Source: Octopus sinensis (Eukaryota). Taken from it: a DNA stretch of 64,000 bases. The stretch is from assembly GCF_006345805.1 (NCBI RefSeq), contig NC_042997.1, forward strand, positions 54,932,001 through 54,996,000, given 5' to 3'. Below the pieces are notes generated by a model, which worked only from the letters and a program-made list of their open reading frames with translations, was not told the DNA's origin and did not search any database. The position numbers and the translations under genes were made by a program. Positions within the stretch are counted from its first letter, which is position 1, and each line of letters starts with the position of its first letter. Positions 12,961 to 27,208 of the stretch are shown piece by piece.

Positions 12961-13057
12961 ATATACATACATACATACATACAAAAGTTCCTGGGCTGAC
13001 TACATGCACACAATCATATGTACATATGTACATATGTGTATTTCATATGTACATATG

Positions 13058-13140
<83 letters not shown>

Positions 13141-13289
13141 AGAAAATAAAGGAAATAAAACGATACAATCTGAACAAAACTGCCGATAAACAACTGACTT
13201 GAAAGTTCGAAATATAGAGAAGAGGCGCCTATGTACTTTCGCTTCAACGCGAGGCGCGTTGAATAGTCAAAATATGTCTTTTTAAGAAA

Positions 13290-13600
13290 TAACATAAAAT
13301 GATGAATGAAACCGCCGGCTTCAAAGCTCGAAAAACACTTGACGAGCCTACAGTTAGAACTAGAGACATGCTGTGAAGAAAGGAGAAGAGGCAGAATGAA
13401 AATACTGAACAACCCAGACGACATTGTCAAAGCCGAACGCTACAAAGAACTGAACAAAGCAGTCGAAACAACAGTCAAAATTCAAAAGAACAATAACCTA
13501 CAAGACAAAAGAAAAGTACTAGAATTCGAATTCAAGAATAATAATGGTCATACCCTATTAAAGAACAGAAAAACAAAATGCAATCAAAAAATAAAGACAG

Positions 13601-13695
<95 letters not shown>

Positions 13696-14050
13696 ATATT
13701 CTTTTACCTGTTTCAGTTATTTGACTGCGGCCTTGTTATTTGACTGCTTCCAAATAAATAGCGATATCGAGAGACTCAGAAAAAATAGTGTAACTTATAG
13801 TACCATATGACATTACCTAAGCCGCATCTGCTTAACAACGGCAAAAACAAATTAATCTATCAAGTGAAAAGAACAACAGCTTACTTATTACGAGTGAACT
13901 CCTCAAGAAGCACTTAGTTTGCGAAGAGACTACTGGATAAATCTACTTCAACAAAAATTTGGAAAAGCACTCTATATATCTCCAACATATTGAGCATGGT
14001 TTTATATTTCTCGGAAACATAAGAACTATACCGATTTTGGCAGGTCATAC
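13290..14050 (+). pseudogene. Decayed RTE-like LINE fragments split by (TA)n and a SINE tail
   Basis: 'CEERRR.RMK...YKELNKAV..' linker-like segment and later 'KIWK...LS..LY.SET' pattern. Confidence 0.45.
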
Positions 14051-15261
14051 TATCTCTCTCTTGGAATGGAGACTTTTATATGCTGCAAAATTGAAAACTA
14101 CGCTATAGCAATCCTAGAAGAAAATATGAGTATCTATTGGGTGAAACATATCAATTGAAATTATCTTGCCCTTTCTTTGAGTATCGCTAACAATTATTGC
14201 TAAGATGTAAGGATGTTTTGTGCGCATTATTTAGTAACATCATCCATCACATAATTTATATTGTATCTCACACTTTGATGGCCACGAACAACGCTCAAAA
14301 CTCTCAAAGTCGCTATAATTCTCGACCTGACAATATTTGGTAACTTTCATAGCGGTGCGTATATGAAAAGTTGCATTCATTCCACCATTTTTAGGGCAGA
14401 AAATACATGCCTGATTGGCTGCTGCCTACCCATATAGCTCAGAGATATCCCAGACTTCTTCCAGAAAAAGGTCACTCGACTGATTTCTTTAAAATTAATA
14501 TATTTCTTGAATTTAGAAGTTGAAAAAGAGATGTAAAAATGAAGATTTTTCACTGTTACGTAAGTTGCTTGATATTCCAAAAATATCTTGGCGAATTCAG
14601 CTACTGGCCTCAGCATTTTAAAATTTGCTGTGCCTTCATCTTTTAGTTTTCAAATGCACTGTAAAAGCGGTGATGTTTCTTTCCTCCTGGTGCCAAAGTA
14701 TATATATATGCTGTATGTATTTGCTATTAAAGATGCCTTCTGTGATGTCTAAATACGCTCATTCACTTTAGTCAATCAACTTCAGTTTACCAACTCTTTG
14801 CTGAGACAACTAAGCTAGATTAATATTGGCACAATTTTACCAAGTTGATCAAATAATGAAAATCTGTTGTTTCTTCAGTTGGAAACAATAGTTTAATTTT
14901 CAATGCTGCTATTAAAGTAGTAGGTAATTTATAAAGTATTGATGCTGGGTATTCTTGGTGCCTGAGTCCTGTCGGAAAGTATCGTTGTACAAAGCTTTAA
15001 AAAAATTGGCATTATTGGCTGCCATGCCCTCGCTGTAAGGGAAGAGAATAAACCAGATGATGTGCGTTGCATGACATTGTTGAAGCATAGTAGGTTATTG
15101 ACTAATTGACATACTCATTTTCAGGTCTGTCTTTAATATTATTACGCGATCATTTTGATCATGGGTAATAGCAATGGTAGTTTTTTTTTGTAAATCCAAT
15201 ACCATAAGATCAAAGTTAGCTAATCTTGCGTAGATAATATCACTTCCAGTATGGAACAAAC

Positions 15262-15513
15262 ATGTACCAAAACATCCCAAACTGCCGAAAACCTACAAAT
15301 TGCTCATTGGGGGATCTTGTCTCTCAAAGGGCTGTAGTTTACAGAGTCACTCACATACGATCCAACGATATAAAGAAATACCACGTGTGTATAGCAGCCA
15401 ATAATTTCAAAGAAAGATTTATGAAGCACATGCACTCATTTAGATGTAGAGATAGAGAAAATATTTTGGGTTTCTCTGTGTTAGATCTAAAGTCAATCCG
15501 AATTAACCTATAA
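15262..15513 (+). pseudogene. Penelope-like GIY-YIG endonuclease remnant
   Basis: 'NCSLG.....AVVYRVT....K.Y.....NNFKERF.KH.HSF' resembles the PLE CPL..C...VVY...YIG.T...FK.R...H..SF pattern. Confidence 0.6.
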
Positions 15514-16214
15514 TAAACTGGAGGAAGTAAACCTTTACATGAAACATATATCTTCACAATTTAATATACCAGTGTCTCGTACATGCTGACTCATGAACTA
15601 TTGTCATTTATGTCACATAAAGACAAATATATTAAATATTTATATTTAAAAATCAACCTTATCATCGGAGACTGATTGCTAATATTATGTATAATATCAT
15701 GTCTTAACTATGTGTCATCCATGAACTTTTTTCCAAATAGTTCTCCTATAAAATTAAGTATAAAACAATTGTATCCTTATAATTAGAGAAATTATCACCC
15801 ATATATATATCTTTATAATTAATAGAAAATATCATTAATATATTGCCACTTAACAGAAACAAAATATATGTGAGAACATAGTTTCAAAAAAATACTAGCT
15901 ATTTTATGCACATCACAGCGCGTATTAGAAAATTACACGTAGTTAAATTAAAGTTTTTAAACTTTCTCTGTAGAACTTACGTAAATGTAAATGCATTTTG
16001 TTATTCTCTTCACACACAAAGCAATAAAGGAGATTATTCTGAGATGTTTTATAGCTTGTTAGCTACTTATTAGAGGACAACTATTCCTTGCTTCTTTATC
16101 TCCAAGCGACTGTTTCAGCAATTGCATAAAATTTATGTATAACATATATGCACACATGTACATACATACATACATACATATATACATACATACATACATA
16201 CATACATACATACA

Positions 16215-16335
16215 AACGCAGTTTATTGGGACTATAGTAGAAGATGCTTGTTCAAGGTGCTACGCCCCGTGGGACTGAACACAGAACCATGTGGTTGGCA
16301 AGCAAGCTTCTTACCACACCACCACGTGTGCGCCT
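16215..16335 (-). mobile_element. SINE family C head
   Basis: Reverse complement of aggcgca..gtgg.gtggtaagaagcttgctt..caaccacatggttc.g.gttcagtcccac. Confidence 0.8.
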
Positions 16336-16423
<88 letters not shown>

Positions 16424-16437
16424 TGTATGTATGTATA

Positions 16438-16522
<85 letters not shown>

Positions 16523-16635
16523 ATGTGTGTGTGGTGTGTATATATAACTTAGAAAGCTTTTGGCCAGTATTGGCCCAGGCCATGTCTGACTTAACAGCAC
16601 CACCTGGCTAGTTATATATATATATATATATATTT

Positions 16636-16808
16636 ATTTACTTATATTAAGGGCATTACTATACATAAATGCTTCACGCTAGGAGGAACTTCTAAAGTCA
16701 AAACTATCATAATAAATAAACACATTGTACCGAATTCGAGGGAATGCAATAAAAGTCCCTCCTAGCGTGGGGCATTTATGTATAGTAATGCCCTTAATAC
16801 ATGTAAAT
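16636..16808. repeat. Inverted repeat (about 50-bp arms, about 60-bp spacer)
   Basis: tattaagggcattactatacataaatgc..cacgctaggagg.actt pairs with aagtccctcctagcgtggggcatttatgtatagtaatgcccttaata. Confidence 0.9.
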
Positions 16809-16914
16809 ATATTTAAGAGGAATAAATTGATGGAACCCTTATGAGGTTTATCACGCTAACTACTTGATAAATTTTTATAAAGATTTTATGCTAGTTTTCA
16901 ATTATATATATGTA

Positions 16915-16999
<85 letters not shown>

Positions 17000-17100
17000 G
17001 CATATATATATATACATACATATACATACACATGCATATACATATATATATATGCATGTATATATGTATGTATATATATATATATGTATATATGTGTGTA

Positions 17101-17230
<130 letters not shown>

Positions 17231-17635
17231 AGGCGCAGACGTTGTGGCGTGGTAAGAAGCTTGCTTCTCAACCACATGGCTTTGAGTTCAGTTCCACTGC
17301 GTGGCATCTTAGGTCACATTAAGTGTTTTCTACTATAGTCGCGGGCGTAAATATATATTATATGTATGTGTGTGTGTGTGTGTGTTTGTGCGTGTGTGTG
17401 TGTGTCATTGTGTCTGTGTTTGTCCTCCACCACCACTTGACAACCAGTGTTGGTATCCGTACAGTGTTGGTGTGTTTGTGTTCCCGTAACTTTGCGGTTC
17501 GGCATAAGAGAATGATAGAATAAGTACTAAGCCTAAAAAATAATTCCTTGGACCGATTTGTTCGACTAAAAGCCTTCGAGACGGTGCTCCAGCATGGTAG
17601 CAGTTAAATGACTAAAACAAATAAAAGATAAGATA
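17231..17635 (+). mobile_element. SINE family C (tRNA head, internal (TG)n, conserved tail)
   Basis: Head aggcgcag..gtggcgtggtaagaagcttgc; tail gcggttcggca..gatagaataagtacta..ggtgctccagcatgg..gcagt.aaatgact.aaac. Confidence 0.85.
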
Positions 17636-17779
17636 CATATATATATATAACCACCCACATGTGTATCCAGTATATACCAATAGGAAGTTGATCTCCTGAG
17701 ATGGCATATATGACGAAACACACACACACACACACACACAACACACACACACACACACCACACACACACAGACACACAG

Positions 17780-17828
<49 letters not shown>

Positions 17829-18038
17829 GGTCGTTTCAACATGAATCCTTAATCACTACTCACTTTTTCTCTACTTTTTTTCTTATACTCTCTCCGATTT
17901 TTCCTATCGATCCTTTCTGTCGATCCGTGTAAGCTCGAAACACCAAAGACTTTTCCATTCTGTTCGAGCGTTAAACTAAGACACTCGCTTGTTGTTCCTT
18001 CACCAGTCTTGGTTTTTTTGTTTTCCCTAAATTTGAAC

Positions 18039-18071
<33 letters not shown>

Positions 18072-18286
18072 CAATATAATTCTCTCTCCCTGATAATAAA
18101 CTACAGATCCCTCTGTAGCGACTTGTTGCTCTATAACTCACGTGGGTGGACGAGGGAGGTTACAGAGTCTCATTCGTACTTTTTGAATTCGTTAGTACTA
18201 GCGGTCGAAGATGGTTTGTCTGGGATTACTCATATCAGACGGGTATGTTCGATTTTTAGTGCTCTCAAATCCAAACCTAAAGAAAT

Positions 18287-18349
18287 CTTGGGCTGATGAC
18301 GGAAATGTTGATCTCTATATCCAACTAATCCAGAAACGGCGTTCTCAAG
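18287..18349 (+). ncRNA. Type I hammerhead ribozyme motif inside an approximately 570-bp insert (18065-18635) between (TA)n tracts
   Basis: Stem I cttggg / ctcaag; CTGATGA; stem II gga..gttg...caac..tcc; GAAA; stem III AC-GGC-GT; GUU site. Confidence 0.6.
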
Positions 18350-18649
18350 TAATCGATGTACGTCTGATCTTTCGTTATTTTTCCCTCTATACCCGCGTTA
18401 ATTATTTTTGAGTATACATTGTCTGGGAGACCTTTCTTATAGTAGAGGAAATAGCTAAAATTTTTTGGCTGCTATTTCTAAAAGTTCGGTGTGTAGTAAA
18501 GTAAATTATTTTACTGAACCCTAATTATATAACGTAGTGTTTTAAATATACCGTAAATAGTCTTTTTACATACTGAACACTACTTGGTAAAATTGATAAT
18601 TAATAATTAATTAATTTTACCCTTTTAGTATTGACTATATATATATATA

Positions 18650-18858
18650 GTTAACCCAAACATGAAAACACAAAGAGAAAACACAATAACGCGAGGACGT
18701 GAAACAAGTATAGTGTTATTGGACGCTCAGGAAAGGAAAGAAAGAAGGAGGATTTAACGTTTCGAGCGGAGCTCTTCGTCAGAAACATAGAAAAAGGAAA
18801 GGTCCAAGGAAGGGAAAACGGAGGAAAAAAATCTCCAACGATAAACACGCGGTTACAT
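18650..18858 (-). mobile_element. Solo PLE pseudo-LTR with minimal hammerhead (18752-18786)
   Basis: Minus strand gttt-CTGACGA-a-GAGC-tcc-GCTC-GAAA-CG-TT-aaat; homologous to 21530-21741, 28531-28750 and 32895-32945. Confidence 0.8.
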
Positions 18859-19594
18859 ATATTATTCTCAAACGGCTATGAGACTCATAGCCGGTCGCCA
18901 ACACTTTTTTTCTGCAAAATAGGGGTAGCTTATCCTATTCAGGCTATATTATTAGCATTATCCTGCGTTTGAGAATTTAAAATTACTTCTTTAACTTTCT
19001 AAGGCATCTCAATGCTTCTAAAAGCAAACTTCGTTTGTTTGTTTACGTTCATCGTAATTTGAATTTATGTGTGTGTGTGTGTGTGTGAGTGTGTGCATGT
19101 GTGTGTGAGTTTGTGTATATATATATATATATTATATATATATATATATATAAACATAAACATTCCAATTATTTTGGTATTTGTCTTTTCTGTTCTTCAT
19201 ATCTTATAACTCTTTGTCTTTTACTATCCAAGCATAATCAAGCACACACAGGTACACCCCACACATGAAAAATCCTTGTGGCAAATAACCACTCACAAGC
19301 CTCATATGATATCTCATAATTTTCCGATCCGAGTATTTAGGCACTGAGAGTGTTCTACTTTTAACTAGAACTTGATTGGGGAGCTATCTATGACTGCTGT
19401 TTGTGTGAAGTACCAAAAAGTAAGTAAAACTGCAATATACTTATACGAAGAAGCATGCATATATTTACTTTGCCATAATTCTCCGTAATGTGTAGAGAAA
19501 TTTCTGAAACTACTCGCTTTAGCCGGTGTGGAAAGGGGCGCGTTCTTGTGAAAACTTACAATAAAAAGCAGTTGACCACGACGCGTATGACATA

Positions 19595-19990
19595 TCTATT
19601 ATATAAAATCCGTTCTGTCTGTCTGTATATGAGTCATCTAGGATCTCGGGCATCCTCATCCGATTGCGCTCAAATCTGATATGTAGATACCGACGGTATC
19701 AGGGCGTGTATAAGTCTTGAAAAATTTTTTAAAAATCAATTCCAGGTGAGAATGCGATCGATAAAGCATTCTTTGGAATAGAAAAAAGGTCTATCTTTAT
19801 TTTTTCTTTTGCTGGTGTCTCAAATTTAGGATAAATCAGTGTTTCTCAAAGGGGAGGCCTATAGGACGGTCGGACAAGTTGTTTTGAGAAAATTTGGTTT
19901 AAATGTTTGACAACTCAGCACCGTCCATTGGACGGGGGGCGTTTTGCTCGTAAATGGAATAAAGCGAGTGTGTTTATACAATACCGAAAA
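19595..19990 (+). mobile_element. Probable non-autonomous Helitron/HINE 5' part
   Basis: Begins a|TCtattatataaaatccgtt(ctgt)n, then '..ccgattgcgctcaaat..', typical of Helitron-derived repeats; 3' CTAG end not located. Confidence 0.5.
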
Positions 19991-20679
19991 ACTTCAGTTA
20001 ATGAAGATGCTTCTCCAGTTCAGGAGTTCTGGAGCTGTGGGGGAAGGGAGTTACCCCTTAATTACCGTCACTCCTAAGTTTGTTCTGACTCTGTCAGGGT
20101 CCCATCTTTGGGTGAAATAGATTTTTGTAAGGGTAGATTGAGCTTCTTAGCTGTGTTGTAAGCCATTGATCTAAGAGAAAAGAAAACTTCAAAATTTGTA
20201 CTCTCTTCTAATATGCCCTAAGCCAACACAAAAGAGTATGGCTGATAAACCTAACATGAGGTATGTTCAATAACATGGATTCGTACTAAGGAGGCAAATA
20301 CTTCATGTTTGTGCTCATTCTGCCGCAGGCGAAGACAGCAGTTTGCATTCATCCAATCTTCCAGGTTTTCATTCATTCAAAATCCTAGAAGTTTATATAT
20401 GTAGAGAAATAACTTCCAATAATGCGTTATATACGGAAATGCAGTGTATTATTGTAACTAAACATTATTAACCCAACAGTAATTTATTAGTCAAACTAGT
20501 TTCCAAGAATATCTTATATAATTTATTTTAGCCCTAAACATATTGCTTAGTGATTTATAAGCAGTGACCTCGTGAACAAGTAAAAAGAGTACTTAGTCGC
20601 TGGAAACACTGAAAACAACTCGGCTGATCCTTTCTTAATTGTCATCGAACGTACTATATGTATATATATATAAAAAATA

Positions 20680-20928
20680 AATGCGCCCTTTTAAAGCCTA
20701 GCCAGGCTCATGGGCCCGGTTTCCCGGTTTCAATGGCGTATGTGTTCCCCAGCTGGACGGGACGCAAGTCCATCGCAGTGTTACTCATTTTTGCCAGCTG
20801 AGTAGACTGGAGCAACGTGAAATGAAGTGTTTTGCTCAAGAACACAACGCATCGCCCGGTCCAGGAATCGAAACGACAATCTTACGATCATGGTGCTGAC
20901 ACCTTATCCACTAAGTCACGCGCCTCCA
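20680..20928 (-). mobile_element. SINE family B
   Basis: Minus head tggaggcgcgtgacttagtgg...gtttcgattcctggaccggg; CORE-like body matching 7474-7717; tail shared with 5561-5620. Confidence 0.85.
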
Positions 20929-21049
20929 CCACTATATGTATATAGAGAGACAAAATACTTACAACTATGTCCATGCACACACTGTTGATTAAGAATATAA
21001 AGGTATATTCCGCAGTACCGTATAGCTGGTGCACATACATATATCTATA

Positions 21050-21262
21050 TACTGGTTTCAAATTTTGGCACAATGCCAGCAATTTCGAGGGAGGGATAAG
21101 TCGTTTACATCGATCTCAGTGCTCAACTGGTACTTATTTTATCGGTTTCGAAAGAATGAAAAGCAAAGTCAACCCCGACGGTATTTGAACTCAGAATGTA
21201 AAGACGGACGAAATGCTGCTAAGCATTTCGTCCAGCGTGCTGACGATTCTGCCAGCCCGTCA
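21050..21262 (-). mobile_element. SINE family A
   Basis: Core and head match 41202-41434. Confidence 0.8.
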
Positions 21263-21299
21263 CCTTACATATACATATATAATACACATATAAAATTAA

Positions 21300-21332
<33 letters not shown>

Positions 21333-21441
21333 CACAATATACATAGTGGTGCATGGTTATGTGGTTACGGCGATCGCTTCGTAACCACTTGTTTCCAGAT
21401 AGATCTGACTATAGGGCATTCGGATAAGTAACTTCAACTAC

Positions 21442-21522
<81 letters not shown>

Positions 21523-21529
21523 TATATAT

Positions 21530-21741
21530 ATTAATTAATCCAAACATGAAAAACACAAAGAGAAAACAAAACAACGCGAGGACGTGGAACAAGTATAGTG
21601 TTATTGGACCTCAGGAAAGGAAGGAAAGAAGGAGGGTTTAACGTTTCGAGCGGAGATCTTCGTTAGAAACATAGGAAAAGGAAAGATCCAAAGAAGGGAA
21701 GACGGAGGAAAAAAATCGCCAACGGTACATACGCGGTCACG
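21530..21741 (-). mobile_element. Solo PLE pseudo-LTR (hammerhead core mutated to CTAACGA)
   Basis: Highly similar to 18650-18858; flanked by (TA)n/(CA)n. Confidence 0.8.
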
Positions 21742-21774
<33 letters not shown>

Positions 21775-22212
21775 CGTTGCTATTATGTTAAACTGTCGTA
21801 TGTCCAAATTTGACCAAATGCGTTTTTTCAGTACTTTTGCTTGCAATAGCCGGTTCTTTTGGTCAGACTATCGTATCTCCAGCTGCTTCTGATGCCAACA
21901 TATAAAAAATTGTCAAAATTGTAGTACAGCGGTTTTGCTATGGAATAATGAAACCTTTTTCGTTTTCTGAAAAGCAACGTTTTGGACTTACGACGCTTTT
22001 ACATAATAGCAATGATATATAATATGCTATATATATATATATATTTGATAACTCCACTAGAGTGAACGAAAGCGCTAATATATGATATATGATTTATAAA
22101 AACATGTAACATACTAATAAATATCTGTAAATATAAAGCCATCCAGATTTCTGAGTACCTTATTTCTTTAATACATATATATACATATATATAATTACAC
22201 ACAAAAACAAGC

Positions 22213-22350
22213 ACAGGCATGGCTGTGTGGTTAAGAAGTTTGTTTTGTAACCCAGTGGTTTCAGGTTCAGTCCCACTGCACAGCCGGGTAGACCAGTGCC
22301 TTTTGAGTGAATCTGGTAGACGGAAACTGCGTGAAAGTCTGTCATAGTCA
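22213..22350 (+). mobile_element. SINE family C head
   Basis: aggcatggctgtgtggttaagaagtttg...ggttcagtcccactgca...tggtagacggaaactg. Confidence 0.75.
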
Positions 22351-22560
22351 CTATATGCAATGTTATGCAATGTGTATAAATTTATAAACGTTATAAACTT
22401 AGTCTCATAACAGTCGATATATGTTCTATAACTTAAAATAGCTGTTCTGAGACTAAATTTATAATCATAAATAATATATATAAAAATATAATAAATTATA
22501 TAAATAAAATACATGCATACACACACACATACATATATATATATGTATATATCTATATTA

Positions 22561-22611
<51 letters not shown>

Positions 22612-22614
22612 ATA

Positions 22615-22965
22615 CAGGGTGGGCCATATTGATGGGACAAATTTTAAATGTTAATATCTTGTATTATAAAAATGACATCTGGGAGTTCATTGTGCATCTG
22701 ATATAGAGGAGTTCAACATACAACTGATCTGGAGCAGTTTAACATATTATCTACGATTTTACTATTTTTCCAGGTATTTGGTGTTGGTGACCCTCATAAG
22801 TTCGTAGTCGCCAAAAGAAATCGCATACGTGGTCGAAGCATACTTCACCAGCCAAGGAACCATCGTTACAGCACAAAGAAAATTCCGACAGCAATTTGGA
22901 AAGCGACAGGTACCATCCCGAAATGCGATCCTGCGTGCTTTTACAAACTTCCCTGAGAAGGCAAT
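22615..22965 (+). mobile_element. Tc1/mariner-superfamily transposon 5' end (DUF4817/HTH N-terminus)
   Basis: ta|cagggtgggcc TIR start, then 'EIAYVVEAYFTSQGTIVTAQRKFRQQFG...VPSRNAILR'. Confidence 0.7.
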
Positions 22966-23114
22966 TTAAGCCATTCCAGTTGATATGCTAAGCCGCAGTA
23001 TGCTTGATATGTTCTCTTCGTGGTGGTGACCATCTCCAGGATGCAATATTCAAATCATAGATAATATATTGAACTCCTGTTTATCAGTTATGTAATAAAT
23101 ATATTAAGTAATCT

Positions 23115-23247
23115 ATTCTTTTATTCTTTTACATGTTTCAGTTAATTGACTGCGGCCATACTGGAGCACCACCTTCATACAACAATAATTTGGTCAACCC
23201 GAGGCTATAGTGGGACCGAACCCGGAACCCTGTGGTTAGGAAGTGTC

Positions 23248-23345
<98 letters not shown>

Positions 23346-23368
23346 GTCTATCGCTCTGTTTGCCTGTC

Positions 23369-23403
<35 letters not shown>

Positions 23404-23605
23404 TGTGTGTGTGTGTGCGTGTGTATCTGTGTGTGTCTGTGTTTGTCTGCCTACCATCGGTTGGCAATCGATGCTGGTGTTCTTACGTCCTCGTAAAATA
23501 TACCGATAGAATAAGTGCTAGGCTTACAAAGAATAAGTCGATTTGCTCGACTAAAGGCGGTGCTCCAGCATAGCCGCAGTCAAATGACTGAAACAAATAA
23601 AAGAA
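23115..23605. mobile_element. SINE family C fragments (minus 23115-23245; plus tail 23410-23605) around (CTAT)n
   Basis: Tail motif ggcggtgctccagcat.gccgcagtcaaatgactgaaac occurs in both orientations. Confidence 0.7.
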
Positions 23606-23625
23606 TACATACATACACACACATA

Positions 23626-23716
<91 letters not shown>

Positions 23717-24097
23717 TCCTTCTTCGCTCCGCCTCTAATTCTCTCTCTCTTACACACATACATACGTCTTCCCAATTGTCATTCGATGACAATATTGTTG
23801 ACTAAGGAATTCTGTCGTTATTGCAAATATGCCTGGCACCTGGAATACAACCACACATAAAACACACAACAAACGAAATCCCCCCCATGAAAAAAAAAAA
23901 AAACATGTCAAAGTGTGACGAAAAACACAAAAATAAACAACAAAACAATTAAAATTTATGAAAAATGTCCTATCAAACTGTGATAACACAAAAACAAAGG
24001 CAACTAAACTGAAAATATTATCAGGACTAAAAGTAAATTAATGTAAAATGAAGACGGCCATTTATACAAATAAACATACAGATACTAATTATAAGTA

Positions 24098-25005
24098 CAT
24101 GTATGTATGTATGTATGTATGTATGTATGTATGTATGTATGTGTATGTATGCATGTATGTATGTATGTATGTATGTATATGTATGTATATGTAGTATGTA
24201 TGTATGTATGTAGTATGTGTATGTATGTAGTATGTATGTATGTATGTATGTCTGTATGTATGTATGTATTGATGTATGTATGTATGTATGTATGTATGTA
24301 TGTATGTATGTATGTGTATGTAGTATGTATGTATGTATGTATGTATGTATGTATGATGTATGTATGTATGTATGTATGTATGTAGTGTGTATGTATGATG
24401 TAGTATGTATGTATGTATGTATGTATGTATGTATGTATGTATGTATGTATTATGTAGGTATGTATGTATGTATGCATGTATGATGTAGTATGTATGTATG
24501 TATGTATGTATGTATGTATGTATGTATGTCATGTATGTATGTATGTAGTATGTATGTAGGATGTATGCATGTATGTATGTATGTATGTATGTATGATGTA
24601 TGTATGTTGTATGTATGTATGTATGTATGTATGTATGTATGTATGTATGTAGTATGTAGTAGCATGCATGTATGTAGTATGTATGTATGTATGGTATGTA
24701 TGTATGTATGTATGTATGTATGGGCATGTATGTATGTATGTATGTAGTTATGTATGTATGTATGTATGTATGTATGTATGTAGTATGTGTATGTATGTAT
24801 GTATGTATGTGTATGTATGTATGTATGTAGGTATGTATGTATGTATGTATGTATGTATGTATGTATGTATGTATTGTATGTTGTATGTATGTATGTATGT
24901 ATGTATGCATGTATGCATGTATGATGCATGTATGTATGTATGTATGTATGTATGTATGTATGTATGTATGTATGATGTATGCATGTATGTATGTATGTAT
25001 GTATA
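24098..25005. repeat. About 900-bp degenerate (TATG)n array; simple (TA)/(TG)/(CA) repeats continue to about 26450
   Basis: Directly visible. Confidence 0.95.
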
Positions 25006-25167
25006 CTGTATAGATACATACATACACTATATACACACACACACATTTATATAAATACGCGTGCACACAAACTGTACGACAAATATACACATAACATATA
25101 AGCTTATACATATATCTAACTTTTACGTATATAAGTATGTATGGATACATATATATATATATATATC

Positions 25168-25200
<33 letters not shown>

Positions 25201-25209
25201 TATATATGT

Positions 25210-25247
<38 letters not shown>

Positions 25248-25257
25248 GATATATATG

Positions 25258-25302
<45 letters not shown>

Positions 25303-25428
25303 ACACATATGCATGCATATATGTATATGTGTGCGCGCGCGCGTGTATAGCTATACATATATACACATACACACACATATATATGTATATATATATAAAT
25401 ACACACACATATATATGCATATATATGT

Positions 25429-25462
<34 letters not shown>

Positions 25463-26041
25463 GCATATATATATACATATACCTCTGCACCAACACACAC
25501 ACACACATTTTAATATACCATGTATGTATGCTTGTGTGCATACGTGCATATACACACATGCAACGTAAGGCTGTTTTATGAAACACTGCAGGCGAAGCGT
25601 TAATTATCTTCACAACATGTAAGTATATATGAACATTATTAGGAAGTTGGAAGAAAGTCCCCTGAGTGAAAGTCGTATGTCAAGTTATTTACATATGGAA
25701 CTATTCTGCTTTGTGATTTGTTTAACACCTGAAAATTGGAGACTGCAAAACGTATCTGTGCGCATGTGCAGAGGCAATGTGTTCGTATGTGTGTTTGTTT
25801 ATGTATATATACTTGTATAATAAATGTGTGTGAGTGTTAGAGTGAGTGCGTGTATGTGTCTGTGTCTGCGTGTGTGTGAGCGCGCATGCGCAAGTAAATG
25901 TGTGTGTGTTTGAATATGTGTGTGTCTGTGTGTGTGCGCGTGCATTTGTATGTCTGTATACTTATTTGTAAGTTTGTGAATACATTTATGAGTTATGGAA
26001 TGTACACGAGAAACTAACGGAGGGTGAGACAAGAAGAGAGA

Positions 26042-26098
<57 letters not shown>

Positions 26099-26153
26099 TG
26101 AGAGAGAGAAAGAGAGAGAGAGAGAGAGAAGGGAGAAAGTTATATCGTTGATA

Positions 26154-26203
<50 letters not shown>

Positions 26204-26223
26204 CCTTACATATTCACTCCCTG

Positions 26224-26265
<42 letters not shown>

Positions 26266-26846
26266 CTATCTATCTATCTATCTATCTATCTACTGGTGTG
26301 TGGTGTGTGATTGTCATGGATGTGTATTATATATATATATATAATCTGTATGTCACACACACACGCACGCAACCGCACACACACACACACACACGCACAC
26401 ACACACCACACACACACACACAACACAAACACACACACACATGCATCAGACCTTCGAATGACGCCACCTCGGAGGCCAACAAATCCCCTGAATGCCAGTC
26501 CGTCGAAAGGTTACTATTTTACAGCTGAGCTAACTGGAAAAACGTGAAATGAAGAGTTTTGCTCAAGAATACAATGATTTACCGGGTCTCGGAACTGAAG
26601 TCACGATCGTGGGATAGTGAGTGAAACGCCTTAGTTACTACACCCTGTACAGAGCTGGAAGTGCTGTAGTCCAAATGAAAGCTCAATATACATAAATCTA
26701 CTTTAGATTTCTACATACTTCTCAATTATTACAAAACCAAAATCTCTTTCAATCTACTAGTAGATTGCCATATGTTTATTATACGAAAAGTGTGTACAAG
26801 AGCTTTTGTTTTCAGTTGAGATGCATACAATTTCCATGTGTGAGTG

Positions 26847-26906
<60 letters not shown>

Positions 26907-27157
26907 TACGTCTGTTTATACTGCTAGCACCGAGGAAATTATATAAATATAAAAATATATATATGTGTTGTGGTGTGTGTGTGTGTGGTGTGTGTGTGTG
27001 TGCGTGTGTGTGTGTGTGTGTATTTGCCTGATGAATATTCATAAGTCAGGAAAATAGCTCACTCAATTTAAAATAGAATGGTTATAGCATGCATGCATAC
27101 ATACATACATACATACATACATACATACATACATACATGCATACATACATACATACA

Positions 27158-27189
<32 letters not shown>

Positions 27190-27208
27190 CATACATACAT
27201 ACATATAT

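Noticed and set aside
17690-17950. Hammerhead-like strings ctcCTGAGAtggcatatatgacGAAAc and tttCTGTCGAtccgtgtaagctcGAAAc
   Set aside because: Core or stems broken and no cleavage triplet with stem I; at most relics.
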